Positions 7,980-18,975 are shown, counted from the stretch's first letter. The stretch is DNA of 43,730 nt from Nitrosopumilales archaeon (GCA_044507735.1 JBIQJB010000017.1:1-43730), one strand, 5' to 3'. Program-made: numbers and translations. The notes: generated from the sequence alone by a model not told the origin.

Positions 7980-10334
7980 ATGGTGATGATATTGTCTCGA
8001 TTGAAGAATCTCTCAATCATGCTCGTTTTCGCACTTGTACTGTCATTGTTGCCGCTCGGCGCTTTTGCACAGAGTGCCCCTAACGGCGATGCCGATGCGT
8101 TGATAATTGTGGTAAACTTGGAGAGGATCCGGGCACAGCTGCAGCTTGCAGAGCAGAGTCTGGTCGCAGGTGACAGGGAAGCAGCATTTGCACACGCGTT
8201 TATTCCACACACGACGACCTTCCCTTCAATGAAGGAACAATTGAAACAGCTTGATAGCCAGTCTGCAACGGAACTGGAAGCGCGCCTTACCGACCTGCCT
8301 ATCAGCGTTAGAACAGGCGGCCTGTCGGCAGACACTCTGCAGCAGGAAATTACAGAGATAGACGCGATGCTTGATGGGATACTTGCCAAACTGGGCCCGC
8401 TTGCCACTGACAAGGGCATAGTGTCTCAGACTGTCGCATTTCTTCTAAGGGATGCAATCCAGTCGTACCAGTCATCCAGCGGTGGGTCAAGCCAGGTTGA
8501 ATATGAAAATGCAGTAGGGCTTGTCCGTGTAGCTGAATCGAAGTACCGGTCGATAACGGCCTCGATTGACGGGCGGCGGAGCGCAGAGATCGATTCCTTC
8601 TTTGCCGAGCTGAAGGGCCTGCTTGAACAGAAGGCACCTGAAGAATCAATCACGCGTCTTACGACTGCCATCGAGCGCGACCTTGCTGAGGAGCTATCAC
8701 TTAGCGCTGGCAGCGGTAGCGCAAATGAAAACAATACATACTTTTCAACCATCAGAGATCTCTTGTCAAGAATCGTGACAGAAGTCAACAATGGTAACTA
8801 CAAACTGGCAGACGAGTATGCCATAACCGCCTATCTTGACAACTATGAATACCTTGAAGCGCCGATCGAAAAACACGATCCCGAGCTCATGGTCGCAATT
8901 GAAATCGAGATGAGGGAGGAGCTCCGCCAGATGATACGGGACGAGGAACCGCCCGCAGCGATTCAAGAACACATCAACGGCATACTCACAAAGCTCGATC
9001 AGGCAGAAGAGCTTCTGGCAAGCGATCCTTCGTTTGCTGAGGGTTCAGGCACTCCATCAGGCTTTGCCAACCTTGACGAGCTGGCAGCTGGCTTTGGAAC
9101 CTACACCGGCGAGCGCAGGGAAATGGGAGAAGCTGACGACCCTGCCAAGGCTGCAGTGAGGGCTGACATCGACCAGATACGAATCAAGCTTGACGAAACG
9201 CTCCGGCTCTATAGAGAAGGTAACGCGGACGGTGCTCTTTTGACATCCCGTTCTGCTTACCTTGACAGCTATGAGAGGATCGAAATCCCGCTGAGACCTA
9301 TTGACCCTGACTTTACGCTTGAAATGGAGATCCAGTTTGCCGAACTCCGAAACCTGATACAGGCACGGGCCCCGTATGAGCAGGTGGAAGACAAAGTAGT
9401 AGAAATCAGGCGCGGCCTCGACGAATCGGAGCGACTGGTCTCGGGCACTGGGATAGTTGCTCCTGCAATCGCGTTTTCGAGCTCTTTTTCAATAATTTTC
9501 CGAGAGGGGTTAGAATCGGCGCTCATTGTTGGTGCTATTTTGACCTACCTTGAAGCCTCAAGAAACGAACGCTTCAAGAAACATGTCTACTATGGTATTG
9601 TCCTTGCGTTTGCCGCGACCGCAGTGACATGGTTCATTGCCCAATACATCATCGATATTTCGGGCGCAAGCAGAGAGCTAATAGAGGCCATCGCCGGCTT
9701 GTCAGCGGTTGCTGTGTTGTTTTGGGTCAGCTTTTGGATACTGAACAAGGTGGAGACGAAAAAGTGGATAGAGTTCGTCAAGGCCAAGGTGTGGAAGGCC
9801 ACGACTACTGGCAGCGTCATGGTCTTTATCATGCTGTCCTTCTTTACAGTCTATCGCGAAGGCTTTGAGACCGTGCTCTTTTACCAGGCTATGATCTCAT
9901 TTGCAAAGTACATGGAGTGGTACGTGGCCGCTGGTCTTGTAGCCGGCCTTGCTGTGATAACCGCGGTAACATTCTTGATAAGGAAACTTGGCAAGAAACT
10001 TCCACTGCGCATGCTCTTTGGGCTGACGATGGGTATCGGCGCGTACATGTCAATAGCGTTCATGGGCAATGCGGTGCGCGAGTTCCAAGAAGTCGGATAT
10101 CTCCCAACCACCCACTTGATCGGCACCGTGCCAAGGCTTGACATTAATACCGCCACAATGACTGGCATACACCCGACGCTTGAGACGATAGTAGCACAGG
10201 CGGTGCTGCTTTCAGTGTATCTCGCCGGCTCGCTCTATGTCCTTATCCTGCAGCCAAGGCGTAACAGGGCGATTGAATTGGCCAGAAAGTCGCGGGCAGA
10301 CATCAACAGGACTGAGGCAGAAGACCTGCAATAG
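7980..10334 (+). CDS. ftr1: FTR1-family high-affinity iron permease with large extracellular N-terminal region
   Basis: Signal peptide; two REGxE motifs (FREGLE, YREGFE) in the C-terminal multi-TM domain. Confidence 0.93.
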   Translation: MVMILSRLKNLSIMLVFALVLSLLPLGAFAQSAPNGDADALIIVVNLERIRAQLQLAEQSLVAGDREAAFAHAFIPHTTTFPSMKEQLKQLDSQSATELEARLTDLPISVRTGGLSADTLQQEITEIDAMLDGILAKLGPLATDKGIVSQTVAFLLRDAIQSYQSSSGGSSQVEYENAVGLVRVAESKYRSITASIDGRRSAEIDSFFAELKGLLEQKAPEESITRLTTAIERDLAEELSLSAGSGSANENNTYFSTIRDLLSRIVTEVNNGNYKLADEYAITAYLDNYEYLEAPIEKHDPELMVAIEIEMREELRQMIRDEEPPAAIQEHINGILTKLDQAEELLASDPSFAEGSGTPSGFANLDELAAGFGTYTGERREMGEADDPAKAAVRADIDQIRIKLDETLRLYREGNADGALLTSRSAYLDSYERIEIPLRPIDPDFTLEMEIQFAELRNLIQARAPYEQVEDKVVEIRRGLDESERLVSGTGIVAPAIAFSSSFSIIFREGLESALIVGAILTYLEASRNERFKKHVYYGIVLAFAATAVTWFIAQYIIDISGASRELIEAIAGLSAVAVLFWVSFWILNKVETKKWIEFVKAKVWKATTTGSVMVFIMLSFFTVYREGFETVLFYQAMISFAKYMEWYVAAGLVAGLAVITAVTFLIRKLGKKLPLRMLFGLTMGIGAYMSIAFMGNAVREFQEVGYLPTTHLIGTVPRLDINTATMTGIHPTLETIVAQAVLLSVYLAGSLYVLILQPRRNRAIELARKSRADINRTEAEDLQ

Positions 10335-10386
10335 TGATGAAAATCGCCGTCAATCTGTTTATTAACATAGAAGAGTATGGGTAGTT

Positions 10387-11355
10387 GTGGTAGATATCAT
10401 CTACGGCCGCGGCATCACGGACCTCCTGCGGGAGATGCCGTTTTATATCAGCATCTTCAAAAAGATGACTGCATACCGGCTGTTCCACATAAGACAGCCA
10501 ATGTATGGGTCTGTGGACGTTAACAATGTTTGCAACCTCCACTGCACTCACTGCTACTGGTGGCTCAACCGAAAAGATTCGGAGCCTGACATGACAGTTG
10601 AGGACTGGAGGAAAATAATCAAGGAGAAGTTCAACAAGCAGCACATCTTTGTCACCACGCTCGTAGGGGGCGAGCCGACGCTGCGCCCTGACCTTCTGGA
10701 GCTCTTCTGCAAGGAAATGCCGGGAAGAGTCTGCGTGGTTACAAATGCCACGTTCCCACTGAAACGATATGACGGCCTTTATTTCTACTGGGTATCTATG
10801 GATGGCACAGAAGAGGTACACGACAGAATAAGGGGCAAGGGATCGTACGCGAAAACCAAGAAGAATATCTTGGACTACATCTCGGGGCCAGACAGAAGGG
10901 GCAAGCCTGCATGGAAGGACATCTGGATAACGATGACCATAAACTCCCAGAACTACATGACAGTTGAGGATTTGACGGAGGAGTGGCAGGGAACCGTGAA
11001 CAAGATAGGCTTCCAGTTCCATACCCCTTTTGTCAAGGGAGATCCGCTGATGCTGCCGTTTGGCGAGCTGCGAAGCTCGGTAGTTGACAAGATAATCGCG
11101 CTGAAGAAAAAGTATCCCGACTTTGTCATCAACTCTGTAAAGCAGATATCGCTCATGAAGGGAAACTGGGGAGGAGTCGGGACAACACCAGTTGACTGCC
11201 CATCGTGGGCCATACTATCACTTGACCATATGGGCAGGGTGAAGCAGCCCTGCTGCATAGGGAGTGCAGACGCAAAGAGCAGGAAACCGATATGCGAGGA
11301 GTGTGGGCTTGGATGTTACTCTATCCTTGTGGCCCAGGGGATAACCGGAAACTGA
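10387..11355 (+). CDS. Radical SAM protein with C-terminal Cys-rich (SPASM/twitch-like) domain
   Basis: CNLHCTHC motif, GGEP, VTN, SMDG; C-terminal C...CC...CxxC...C. Confidence 0.9.
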   Translation: MVDIIYGRGITDLLREMPFYISIFKKMTAYRLFHIRQPMYGSVDVNNVCNLHCTHCYWWLNRKDSEPDMTVEDWRKIIKEKFNKQHIFVTTLVGGEPTLRPDLLELFCKEMPGRVCVVTNATFPLKRYDGLYFYWVSMDGTEEVHDRIRGKGSYAKTKKNILDYISGPDRRGKPAWKDIWITMTINSQNYMTVEDLTEEWQGTVNKIGFQFHTPFVKGDPLMLPFGELRSSVVDKIIALKKKYPDFVINSVKQISLMKGNWGGVGTTPVDCPSWAILSLDHMGRVKQPCCIGSADAKSRKPICEECGLGCYSILVAQGITGN

Positions 11356-11427
11356 AAAATGACTATATATACAAGCCACTAACGCTTATAAAAAAGGGGA
11401 ATTCCTATACCTAAGAAGAATAACAAA

Positions 11428-11700
11428 TTGGCTAACACCTCATTTCGAGTGCAGTCCCACAAGTTCAGTCAGGACAGCATCCAGACTACACTTGTCTGCA
11501 GCAAGTGCGACGAAGTGTTCTCCAAAGAGTTCCCGCTGGATCTGGAAGGACAGACAATCGAGTTCAAGTGTCCAGTCTGCGGAGCACCAGGCGAGGCAGA
11601 TCTTCCATACAAGAGCGCGGAGGAACGCGAAGAGCTCGAAGAAGACTTTGAAGAAGTGGAGGAAGAGGTAGGCGGCGAAGAGTTTGAGGAAGAATATTAG
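11428..11700 (+). CDS. Zinc-ribbon protein with acidic tail
   Basis: CSKC and CPVC pairs; Glu-rich C-terminus. Confidence 0.8.
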   Translation: MANTSFRVQSHKFSQDSIQTTLVCSKCDEVFSKEFPLDLEGQTIEFKCPVCGAPGEADLPYKSAEEREELEEDFEEVEEEVGGEEFEEEY

Positions 11701-11757
11701 ATAGCCTGTTCGCTTGCAACCTCTACTTCAGGAATCTCTCCGAATGAACTGTTACCC

Positions 11758-12741
11758 TTACTTCTTTACTGTCAACCTTCCAAGCTGCGCAAGTAGCGCA
11801 GCCAGCTGGATCTCAGGATGCGCGCCAGCAGAGAGCCGGTAATCATATTCTGCCATTATGGCGGCAAACTCCTCCGGCTTTTCGAGTTTCATCTCATACG
11901 CTTCCTGGTTGGCATATTTCATAAAGTCAGTCTCTGACATGCCGTACACCTGCGTCAGTTCAAGCAGCTTCGCGCGGGCTTCGTTGAACTTGCCAGACAT
12001 TGCCAGCTTTAACACCTCGCCAACCCTTGCTCTGCCAGAAAGCCCCATCGCCGCCGCAACGTTGGCAGAAGAAACAGATCCCATTCCGGCTGCCGCCTGC
12101 ATGATGTTGATGGAGTGGCGCATGTCGCCGCCAGTCGCATCGAAGATTTGGGCGATCGCCTTTTCTTCAAACTTGACCTTTTCCTTTTCACAGATCATTT
12201 TCAAGTGATCGATAACATCCTCCTTTGGCAGGCGTGTGAACCTGAATACAACGCACCTGCTCTGGATTGGCTCTATTATTTGCGAGAGGTAGTTGCATAT
12301 TATTATGAACCTGGTAGTTTTCGCACTGTCTTCTATTATGCGCCTGAGTGCTGTTTGGGCCTCAGAAGTCATTTCGTCAGCCTCATCAAGTATGATTATC
12401 TTGGGCTTGCCAAACTCTTTGTCACTTGCCAATTTGATCGAGGCTGCAAACTCCTTTACACGCTCCCGCACCATCTTGATCCCTCGTTCGTCTGACGCAT
12501 TGAGCTCCAGGGTATTCTTTTTCCATTCTTCGCCGAGGAGCTCCATCGCGATACAGAGGGCTGTGGTGGTCTTGCCCACTCCTGCCGGCCCCGAAAAGAG
12601 CATGTGAGGAATATCTGGGCTCTTTATGAGGTTACTTATGCCTTTTATTATCTCCTTTTGATCAACTACCTCTTCCAGCTTTTTCGGCCTGTACTTCTCA
12701 GACCACATCAGATTTTCCAGATCTGTTTTCTTGGCCGACAT
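11758..12741 (-). CDS. rfcS: Replication factor C small subunit
   Basis: WSEKYRP, GPAGVGKTT, ELNASDERG, ILDEAD, IQSRC. Confidence 0.97.
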   Translation of the reverse strand: MSAKKTDLENLMWSEKYRPKKLEEVVDQKEIIKGISNLIKSPDIPHMLFSGPAGVGKTTTALCIAMELLGEEWKKNTLELNASDERGIKMVRERVKEFAASIKLASDKEFGKPKIIILDEADEMTSEAQTALRRIIEDSAKTTRFIIICNYLSQIIEPIQSRCVVFRFTRLPKEDVIDHLKMICEKEKVKFEEKAIAQIFDATGGDMRHSINIMQAAAGMGSVSSANVAAAMGLSGRARVGEVLKLAMSGKFNEARAKLLELTQVYGMSETDFMKYANQEAYEMKLEKPEEFAAIMAEYDYRLSAGAHPEIQLAALLAQLGRLTVKK

Positions 12742-12899
12742 TATGTGTACAGACCATGAAATGGTTAAACCATTAATATCTTGCTATCTCGCAGATGTAC
12801 AATTCTTCTACTACAACAGCTTTGAGCTAGCTCGGAGCTTAACAAAAGCTCTCCCGGCACGACATATAATAGGAACTTCCATCTTATCAGTTCCCCGAT

Positions 12900-13439
12900 A
12901 TGTCAGCGGAAGCCCGGGCAGAGCCCCGCATAGAAGTTATACAGAGTGCCTACCAGCTGGGCTACCTCACAGAAGAGGTCCGCGTGACTTTTAGAAAGGA
13001 CGTCAAGATGAACGTAGGCACAGTTGCCATAGATGCAAAGGAAGGGGATATGTCGTCGCTCCAGCGCTGGGTGGCCAAGATCCTTACGGATCAGGGAGCT
13101 GTGGAGATCCAGCCCAACGATCTAGCTGGTTATATTTCGCGCGCCATGAACCGTGAGCGTATTGCCAAACCGCATGACCTGTCTGGAATTGATGTTGACT
13201 TTTATGTGCGCGTCAATGACTACCTTGAAGGGCTAAAGGACAGAGAGCGCGAGAATCTGCTCGTCTCTCTTAACACATTTGTCGCTACACGACTTGAAAA
13301 GATCGTGAAACTGGCGGCTGCTTCGCCGCTGTCTCCTGAGCTTGAGGCCAAGCTGTCAGCAGAGGAGAAGGAGCTTTACAACTTGATAAATAACGCTTCA
13401 ACAAAATTCAAGAAAGGGGTGCTGAAAAAGTTTGGCTGA
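12900..13439 (+). CDS. GINS complex subunit (GINS23-like)
   Basis: Overlaps the mcm start; W in the N-terminal B-domain, FY..., R..KIVKLA and LSAEEKELY patterns. Confidence 0.8.
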   Translation: MSAEARAEPRIEVIQSAYQLGYLTEEVRVTFRKDVKMNVGTVAIDAKEGDMSSLQRWVAKILTDQGAVEIQPNDLAGYISRAMNRERIAKPHDLSGIDVDFYVRVNDYLEGLKDRERENLLVSLNTFVATRLEKIVKLAAASPLSPELEAKLSAEEKELYNLINNASTKFKKGVLKKFG

Positions 13440-15507
13440 GCAACAGCAAACCGCAGCAGCACTGGCAAACGAATTGGAGAAGTTCCTAAAGGCGTTCAAG
13501 GACCGGGACGGCAATTACAAGTATTTTGACAGGATTAACAACATGATGGCGCTTGGCGCGCAGTCCCTTGTTGTTGACTATATCGACATGGACTCGTACA
13601 ATCCGACTCTTGCAAAAGAGATAACTTATCATCCCGATGAGTATCTCGCGGCGTTTAACGAGGCCGTGCTCTCTATAATGCGAGAGATCCACCCGGATTA
13701 TGAGCAGGAAATTCGTGACAAGGTACGGGTCAGGATAGGTAACTATACAGTCCAGAAAGGGCTCCGCGAAATAAACGCCGACTTGATCGACAAGCTGGTG
13801 AGCGTCTCAGGAATGGTAGTGCGCTCCTCGGAGATCAAACCTCTGGCAAAAAAAGTCGCCTACCGGTGCACAAACTGCAACACGGTGACAGAGGCGCAGC
13901 TGAAGGGGCTTGTGCTGAAAAAGCCGCAGAAATGCCCTGCATGCTCTGAGAAAGAGCTTGAGATGGATCCAGAAGCCAGCATCTTTATCGATTTCCAGCT
14001 TGTACGGTTGCAGGAGCTACCTGAAGACCTACCTGCAGGCCAGCTACCGCACTATGTAGAAGTAACGGTCATGGGCGATCTTGTCGACCAGTGCAGGCCC
14101 GGCGACAGGATAATGCTCACCGGGATCATTAGGATCGAGCAAGAGCCAGTCGCGCCGGCAGCCTCAAAAACCAGCCTCTTCCGGCTGAGGATGGAGGGAA
14201 ACAACATCGAGTACCTCGGAGGCCGGGCCGGCAGCAAAGACACCCGCTCGGTGGAAAGGATAATGATAAGCGCCGAGGACGAGCGCCAGATTAGGACGAT
14301 CGCATCAAAGCCCGACGCCTATGAGAAACTGATTGCGTCGTTTGCTCCTCACATTTACGGTCACGAAGTGATCAAGGAGGCCATACTGCTCCTGATCGTC
14401 GGATCAGTCACCAAGAAACTTGAAGACGGTTCTACAAGAAGGGGAGATATCAACCTGCTTTTGGTTGGCGATCCTGGTGTTGCCAAATCGGAAATGCTCA
14501 AGTTCGCGGCAAAAATAGCCCCAAGGGGACTTTACACTTCGGGTAGAGGTTCGACCGCCGCAGGTCTCACAGCTGCGGTCATTCGGGACAAGTCCGGGAT
14601 CATGATGCTTGAAGCTGGCGCGGTGGTCTTGGGCGATCAGGGACTGGTCTGCATCGACGAGTTTGACAAGATCAAGCCTGAGGACAGGTCGGCGCTGCAC
14701 GAGGTGATGGAGCAGCAGACCTGTTCGGTTGCAAAGGGCGGAATTGTGGCTACGCTCAATGCAAGGACCTCGATTATGGCCGCCGCAAACCCGATGTACG
14801 GCAAGTATGATCCATACAAGAACATCACGGAAAATGTGAATCTGCCAGTGCCGCTTTTGACAAGGTTCGACCTGATATTCATCGTAAGGGACATCCCGGA
14901 GAAAGATAAGGACAGCCTTATCGCAAGCCACATCTTGGAGATACACAAGGATGTGGAGCACGCTGCAAAGCCGCCAATCGAAATAGACCTCTTCAGCAAG
15001 TATCTGTCGTATGCAAGGCAGGGCGAGCCGTCGCTCACTCCAGAAGCAATAGACATTATCCGTAGCTATTACATGGATATGAGAAAGGTCGAGTCGGAGG
15101 GTATGATAACCGTGACTCCTAGGCAATTAGAGGGTCTGGTCAGGCTTGCGACTGCCAGAGCAAGGCTCTTGCTGAAGGACAAGGTGGAAGCGGAGGATGC
15201 CCAGCGTGCAATCTATCTTGTGGACAGCATGATGAGGACTGCCGGCGTAGATGTCAACACTGGCAAGACCGACCTCGGAGTCCTCTATGGAAAGCCTCAG
15301 AGCGTGGTATCGAAAGAGAAGACGTTCATGGAGGTATTCCGCGGATTGTCAGGGAATGAAAACAATGATGTGGAGGACAAGGCGCTTGTGGACGAGCTGG
15401 TCAAGACCGGCAAGTTCACCGAAGAAGAAGCGAAAAAATTCATCCAGAAATTCAATCGCGAAGGTCAGATCTTTGAAAGGCGGCCGGGATTCTGGGCAAA
15501 AGCATGA
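13432..15507 (+). CDS. mcm: MCM replicative helicase
   Basis: Zn finger CTNC/CPAC, GDPGVAKS, CIDEFDK, AAANP, LTRFD, TPRQLE. No intein. Confidence 0.98.
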   Translation: MAEQQQTAAALANELEKFLKAFKDRDGNYKYFDRINNMMALGAQSLVVDYIDMDSYNPTLAKEITYHPDEYLAAFNEAVLSIMREIHPDYEQEIRDKVRVRIGNYTVQKGLREINADLIDKLVSVSGMVVRSSEIKPLAKKVAYRCTNCNTVTEAQLKGLVLKKPQKCPACSEKELEMDPEASIFIDFQLVRLQELPEDLPAGQLPHYVEVTVMGDLVDQCRPGDRIMLTGIIRIEQEPVAPAASKTSLFRLRMEGNNIEYLGGRAGSKDTRSVERIMISAEDERQIRTIASKPDAYEKLIASFAPHIYGHEVIKEAILLLIVGSVTKKLEDGSTRRGDINLLLVGDPGVAKSEMLKFAAKIAPRGLYTSGRGSTAAGLTAAVIRDKSGIMMLEAGAVVLGDQGLVCIDEFDKIKPEDRSALHEVMEQQTCSVAKGGIVATLNARTSIMAAANPMYGKYDPYKNITENVNLPVPLLTRFDLIFIVRDIPEKDKDSLIASHILEIHKDVEHAAKPPIEIDLFSKYLSYARQGEPSLTPEAIDIIRSYYMDMRKVESEGMITVTPRQLEGLVRLATARARLLLKDKVEAEDAQRAIYLVDSMMRTAGVDVNTGKTDLGVLYGKPQSVVSKEKTFMEVFRGLSGNENNDVEDKALVDELVKTGKFTEEEAKKFIQKFNREGQIFERRPGFWAKA

Positions 15508-15530
15508 TAATGAGTGCATTTTTAAAATAG

Positions 15531-17696
15531 TTGCATCGCTTATTTGTTAAAGAATTGTCTTCCGCCGCCATCACTGATGGAGCAGTAAAAGCGCTTCTTG
15601 CACATCTTGGATATTCTTCCCTCTACGCTCCGCAGGAGATGGCCCTTGAGCATGGCATACTTGAAGGCAAGAGGCTTCTTGTGACCACTCCAACTGCAAG
15701 CGGCAAGACACTGGTGGCTATGATGGCAATCCTCAAGGCAGTGGAAAAGGGGGGCAAGGCTGTGTACCTGACGCCACTCCGGGCACTCGCAAGCGAAAAG
15801 TATGACGATTTGAAGGTCTTCGAAGAGCTCGACCTGGGCAGAAAGATCAGGGTAGCCCTCGCGACGGGCGACTATGACTCATCTGGAAAAGAGCTGGCGA
15901 ACTCTGATATTGTTGTCCTGACAAACGAAAAGATGGACACCCTCTTTCGGCATAATGCAGAGTGGCTAGGTGATATCGCACTTTTCGTGTCAGACGAAGT
16001 CCATCTGATTGGTGATAGGGAAAGAGGACCCACACTTGAAATGATGCTGACAAAGATCCGCAAACACTATCCACAATCGCAGATTGTGGCTCTGTCTGCG
16101 ACCGTTGCCAATTCGGATGAAATCGCTGATTGGCTTGAATGCGAGCTAGTAGAAAGCAACTGGCGCCCTACAAAGCTGGTCGAGGGTGTATACGAATACG
16201 GGAGCGCTAGAATGAATGATGGTCGTACGCTGAAAATCGAAAACTCAGGTATTTCCTCTGCAGTTGACCTTGCCATCAGCTCGCTGGACAACGGCGGACA
16301 GGCGCTCATTTTCGCAGATACTAGGAAGCGAGCTGTCTCGCTGGCTGCAAAAGCAGCAGAGGCTGTCCACAAACGCCTTGACAAGGCCGCAAGAGAACAG
16401 GCTGAAAGAGTGTCTGCAGAGATCCTCAAAGGGGATGATACCGAGCTCACAAGGACGCTTGGGCAACTCGCAGCAAAAGGAGTTGCATTTCATCATGCAG
16501 GCCTTGGACCATCAAGCAGAAGGATCGTGGAGGACTCGTTCAAGAGCGGCATCATCAAGATCCTGACTGCGACTCCGACTCTTGCAGCAGGCGTGAACCT
16601 CCCTGCAAGGAGAGTTGTGGTCGCTAGCATCTTGCGCTACGATTCAGACTATGGTGGCAGCGTGCCGATAAGCGTACTTGAATACAAGCAGCTGTGCGGC
16701 AGAGCCGGCAGACCCAAATATGATACTTTTGGGGAGGCCATTATTGTGAGCGAGTCAGGCGTAAACCCTGACGAACTCTATGATCACTATGTGCTTGGAA
16801 CTCCAGAGCCGCTACGATCGCAGCTTTCGAGCGACAGCGCGGTGAGATTCCATCTGCTTTCTGCCATTGCGACAGTCCCGGGGATGAAAAAACCAGAAAT
16901 CCATGATTTGTTTTCGTCCACACTGTTTGCACGCCAGTATAGAAAGGCAACGGTCGAGTTCAAGGTAGAGTCGGCACTCGACTACCTGGAACAGGAAGAT
17001 CTGGTCAAGGCAAAGAATGACCGGTACCTGGCGACCGAGTTTGGCAAGCGCACGTCGCTCCTTTACATCGATCCTGTCACCGCAGTTGCGTTCAGAAACG
17101 CGCTGGAGAGGCTTGAACGCAATGATGGCAAGAGGCACACTCTTGGCTTCTTGCACCTGATAACTTCAAGCCCTGACTTTTATCCCAAGCTATCACTTCG
17201 CAAGAAAGATCACGAAGAGGTTGCGTTGCTTATCGAGGGCCGAGGAGATGAACTGCTCTATCCTGTAAGCGAGTATGACTGCACGCGCAGCTTTTGGGCC
17301 CTGTGCGAGTGGGTGGAAGAGACGAGTGACAAGTCACTGAGCGACAAGATGGGGGTTGAACCAGGTGACATGCACAGAATGGTGGAGACGGGAGACTGGC
17401 TCGCCTATTCTCTCTACGAGGTAGCCAAGCTTTTGAGGAGGGAGGATATCCTGACAGAACTTTATAACCTCCGCACCCGGATACGATATGGTGTGAAACA
17501 AGAGCTCTTGCCGCTCGTCGCGCTTGAAGGTATCGGTAGGGTCAGGGCCCGGGCGCTCTATGCTGCGGGCCTTACTGACGTCGGCAAGATTGCCAAGATC
17601 CCGCAGGCCAAGCTCGCAAGCATCCCAAAGATAGGGGCGGCGGTAGCAGAAAAGCTGAAAGATCAACTAAAGAAAAAAGGGCCGGGTCACCAATAG
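15531..17696 (+). CDS. hel308: Ski2-like DNA helicase Hel308/Hjm
   Basis: PTASGKT, DEVH, LSAT, FHHAGL, GVNLPA, GRAGRP, C-terminal HhH GIGRVRAR. Confidence 0.95.
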   Translation: MHRLFVKELSSAAITDGAVKALLAHLGYSSLYAPQEMALEHGILEGKRLLVTTPTASGKTLVAMMAILKAVEKGGKAVYLTPLRALASEKYDDLKVFEELDLGRKIRVALATGDYDSSGKELANSDIVVLTNEKMDTLFRHNAEWLGDIALFVSDEVHLIGDRERGPTLEMMLTKIRKHYPQSQIVALSATVANSDEIADWLECELVESNWRPTKLVEGVYEYGSARMNDGRTLKIENSGISSAVDLAISSLDNGGQALIFADTRKRAVSLAAKAAEAVHKRLDKAAREQAERVSAEILKGDDTELTRTLGQLAAKGVAFHHAGLGPSSRRIVEDSFKSGIIKILTATPTLAAGVNLPARRVVVASILRYDSDYGGSVPISVLEYKQLCGRAGRPKYDTFGEAIIVSESGVNPDELYDHYVLGTPEPLRSQLSSDSAVRFHLLSAIATVPGMKKPEIHDLFSSTLFARQYRKATVEFKVESALDYLEQEDLVKAKNDRYLATEFGKRTSLLYIDPVTAVAFRNALERLERNDGKRHTLGFLHLITSSPDFYPKLSLRKKDHEEVALLIEGRGDELLYPVSEYDCTRSFWALCEWVEETSDKSLSDKMGVEPGDMHRMVETGDWLAYSLYEVAKLLRREDILTELYNLRTRIRYGVKQELLPLVALEGIGRVRARALYAAGLTDVGKIAKIPQAKLASIPKIGAAVAEKLKDQLKKKGPGHQ

Positions 17697-17699
17697 CAA

Positions 17700-18728
17700 A
17701 TGCTGGACACTGCTAATCTACTAATCTACGGTGCAGCCGTATCGGCCATCTCGTTCTTTGTCATCTTGCTACTGATGCCCGTTGCCATCCGATCTCTTGC
17801 CGCAAAAGGCAGGGTTGTCCCGGATGCGCACAAGCGCGGCAAGCCTCTGATTCCCAGACCTGCCGGGCCTGTCATCATGGCTGGAATTGCAGCCGCGGAG
17901 ATCGTACTATATCTTCTGACGATGGACATTGCAGTACTTGCAGTGGTGATATCAACTGCGATTGCATTTGCAGTGGGCTATGTCGACGACATCAAGGTGA
18001 TGCCCGGCTGGTTCAAGCCGGTCGCGCTGCTTGGAGCAGCGATCCCGATCATAGTCCTTGACCTAGTTGTCGGCGGTGTGCATGGCGATTTTCTCAACTT
18101 GATATTTGGCAGAGCGTTCATACCACTTCTCTACCTGCCACTGATACTTGTCATTATCCCGGTCGCTGGCAACACCATAAATTCGATAGATGTGCTCAAC
18201 GGCGTTGCGAGCGGCTTTCTCATAATTGCGACGATCCCCCTCTTGGCAAGCATCGCGATTTTTGGCAGCAACGAACTTTTCCTTGCCGCGCTTCCGCTCT
18301 TGTTTGGGACTGTGGCATTTTACAAATTCCACAAGTTCCCCAGCAAGATATTTCCCGGAGACTCGGGCACTTTGTTGCTTGGTACGATGTACGGCGCGCT
18401 TGCAATCGCCGGTAACTCCGAAATAATTGGTGTCGTTGCTTTGTTGCCTGCAGTGATGAACTCGTTCCTGTTCCTCGCAAGCGTCAAACGCATAGTGGAG
18501 CACAGGGAAGTGAAGGCGCGCCCGACCATCGTGCTTGACGACTTCAAGTTGGCTGCGTCGGCTGACAGAGCGGCGCCGGCAACTCTTGTGCGGCTGATAC
18601 TCGCAGATGGGCCGCTGGGGGAAAAGGAGATCGGATACAAGATATTCAAGCTGGCCGGGTTTACTTCATTTTTGGCGTTCGTTACCATCGCTATGCAGTA
18701 CTTTATTTTGGGAATGCGGGCAGGATGA
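17700..18728 (+). CDS. Polyprenyl-phosphate GlcNAc-1-phosphate transferase (MraY/GPT/AglH family)
   Basis: Multi-TM; GYVDD, NTINSIDVLNG, IFPGDSG. Confidence 0.9.
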   Translation: MLDTANLLIYGAAVSAISFFVILLLMPVAIRSLAAKGRVVPDAHKRGKPLIPRPAGPVIMAGIAAAEIVLYLLTMDIAVLAVVISTAIAFAVGYVDDIKVMPGWFKPVALLGAAIPIIVLDLVVGGVHGDFLNLIFGRAFIPLLYLPLILVIIPVAGNTINSIDVLNGVASGFLIIATIPLLASIAIFGSNELFLAALPLLFGTVAFYKFHKFPSKIFPGDSGTLLLGTMYGALAIAGNSEIIGVVALLPAVMNSFLFLASVKRIVEHREVKARPTIVLDDFKLAASADRAAPATLVRLILADGPLGEKEIGYKIFKLAGFTSFLAFVTIAMQYFILGMRAG

Positions 18729-18738
18729 TTATTGCGAC

Positions 18739-18975
18739 ATGGGGTTTGGCGGACTCGCACTTTTCATGAGCGGTATGTGGGTTATGATACTCGCAGTAGC
18801 CGCATTCCTAGTCATCTTCGTTGCGCCGATCGACATGCTCCTGTTTGATGGCAGAGGTGGCAGGATCACTGTGTCCGCAGTACAAGCAGCGATTGCCATA
18901 GCAGTTGTAGTCGCGTTGGTACTGGGTCTTAGCAGGATGAAACGGATTTATATGCATAGAAAACTCGGGCAGTGA
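18739..18975 (+). CDS. Small two-TM membrane protein
   Basis: ATG just after the GPT stop; two hydrophobic helices and a basic tail. Confidence 0.7.
   Translation: MGFGGLALFMSGMWVMILAVAAFLVIFVAPIDMLLFDGRGGRITVSAVQAAIAIAVVVALVLGLSRMKRIYMHRKLGQ

Noticed and set aside
12742-12899. Replication origin between rfcS and GINS-mcm
   Set aside because: Short spacer, no ORB-like repeats with G-strings, and no cdc6/orc1 nearby.
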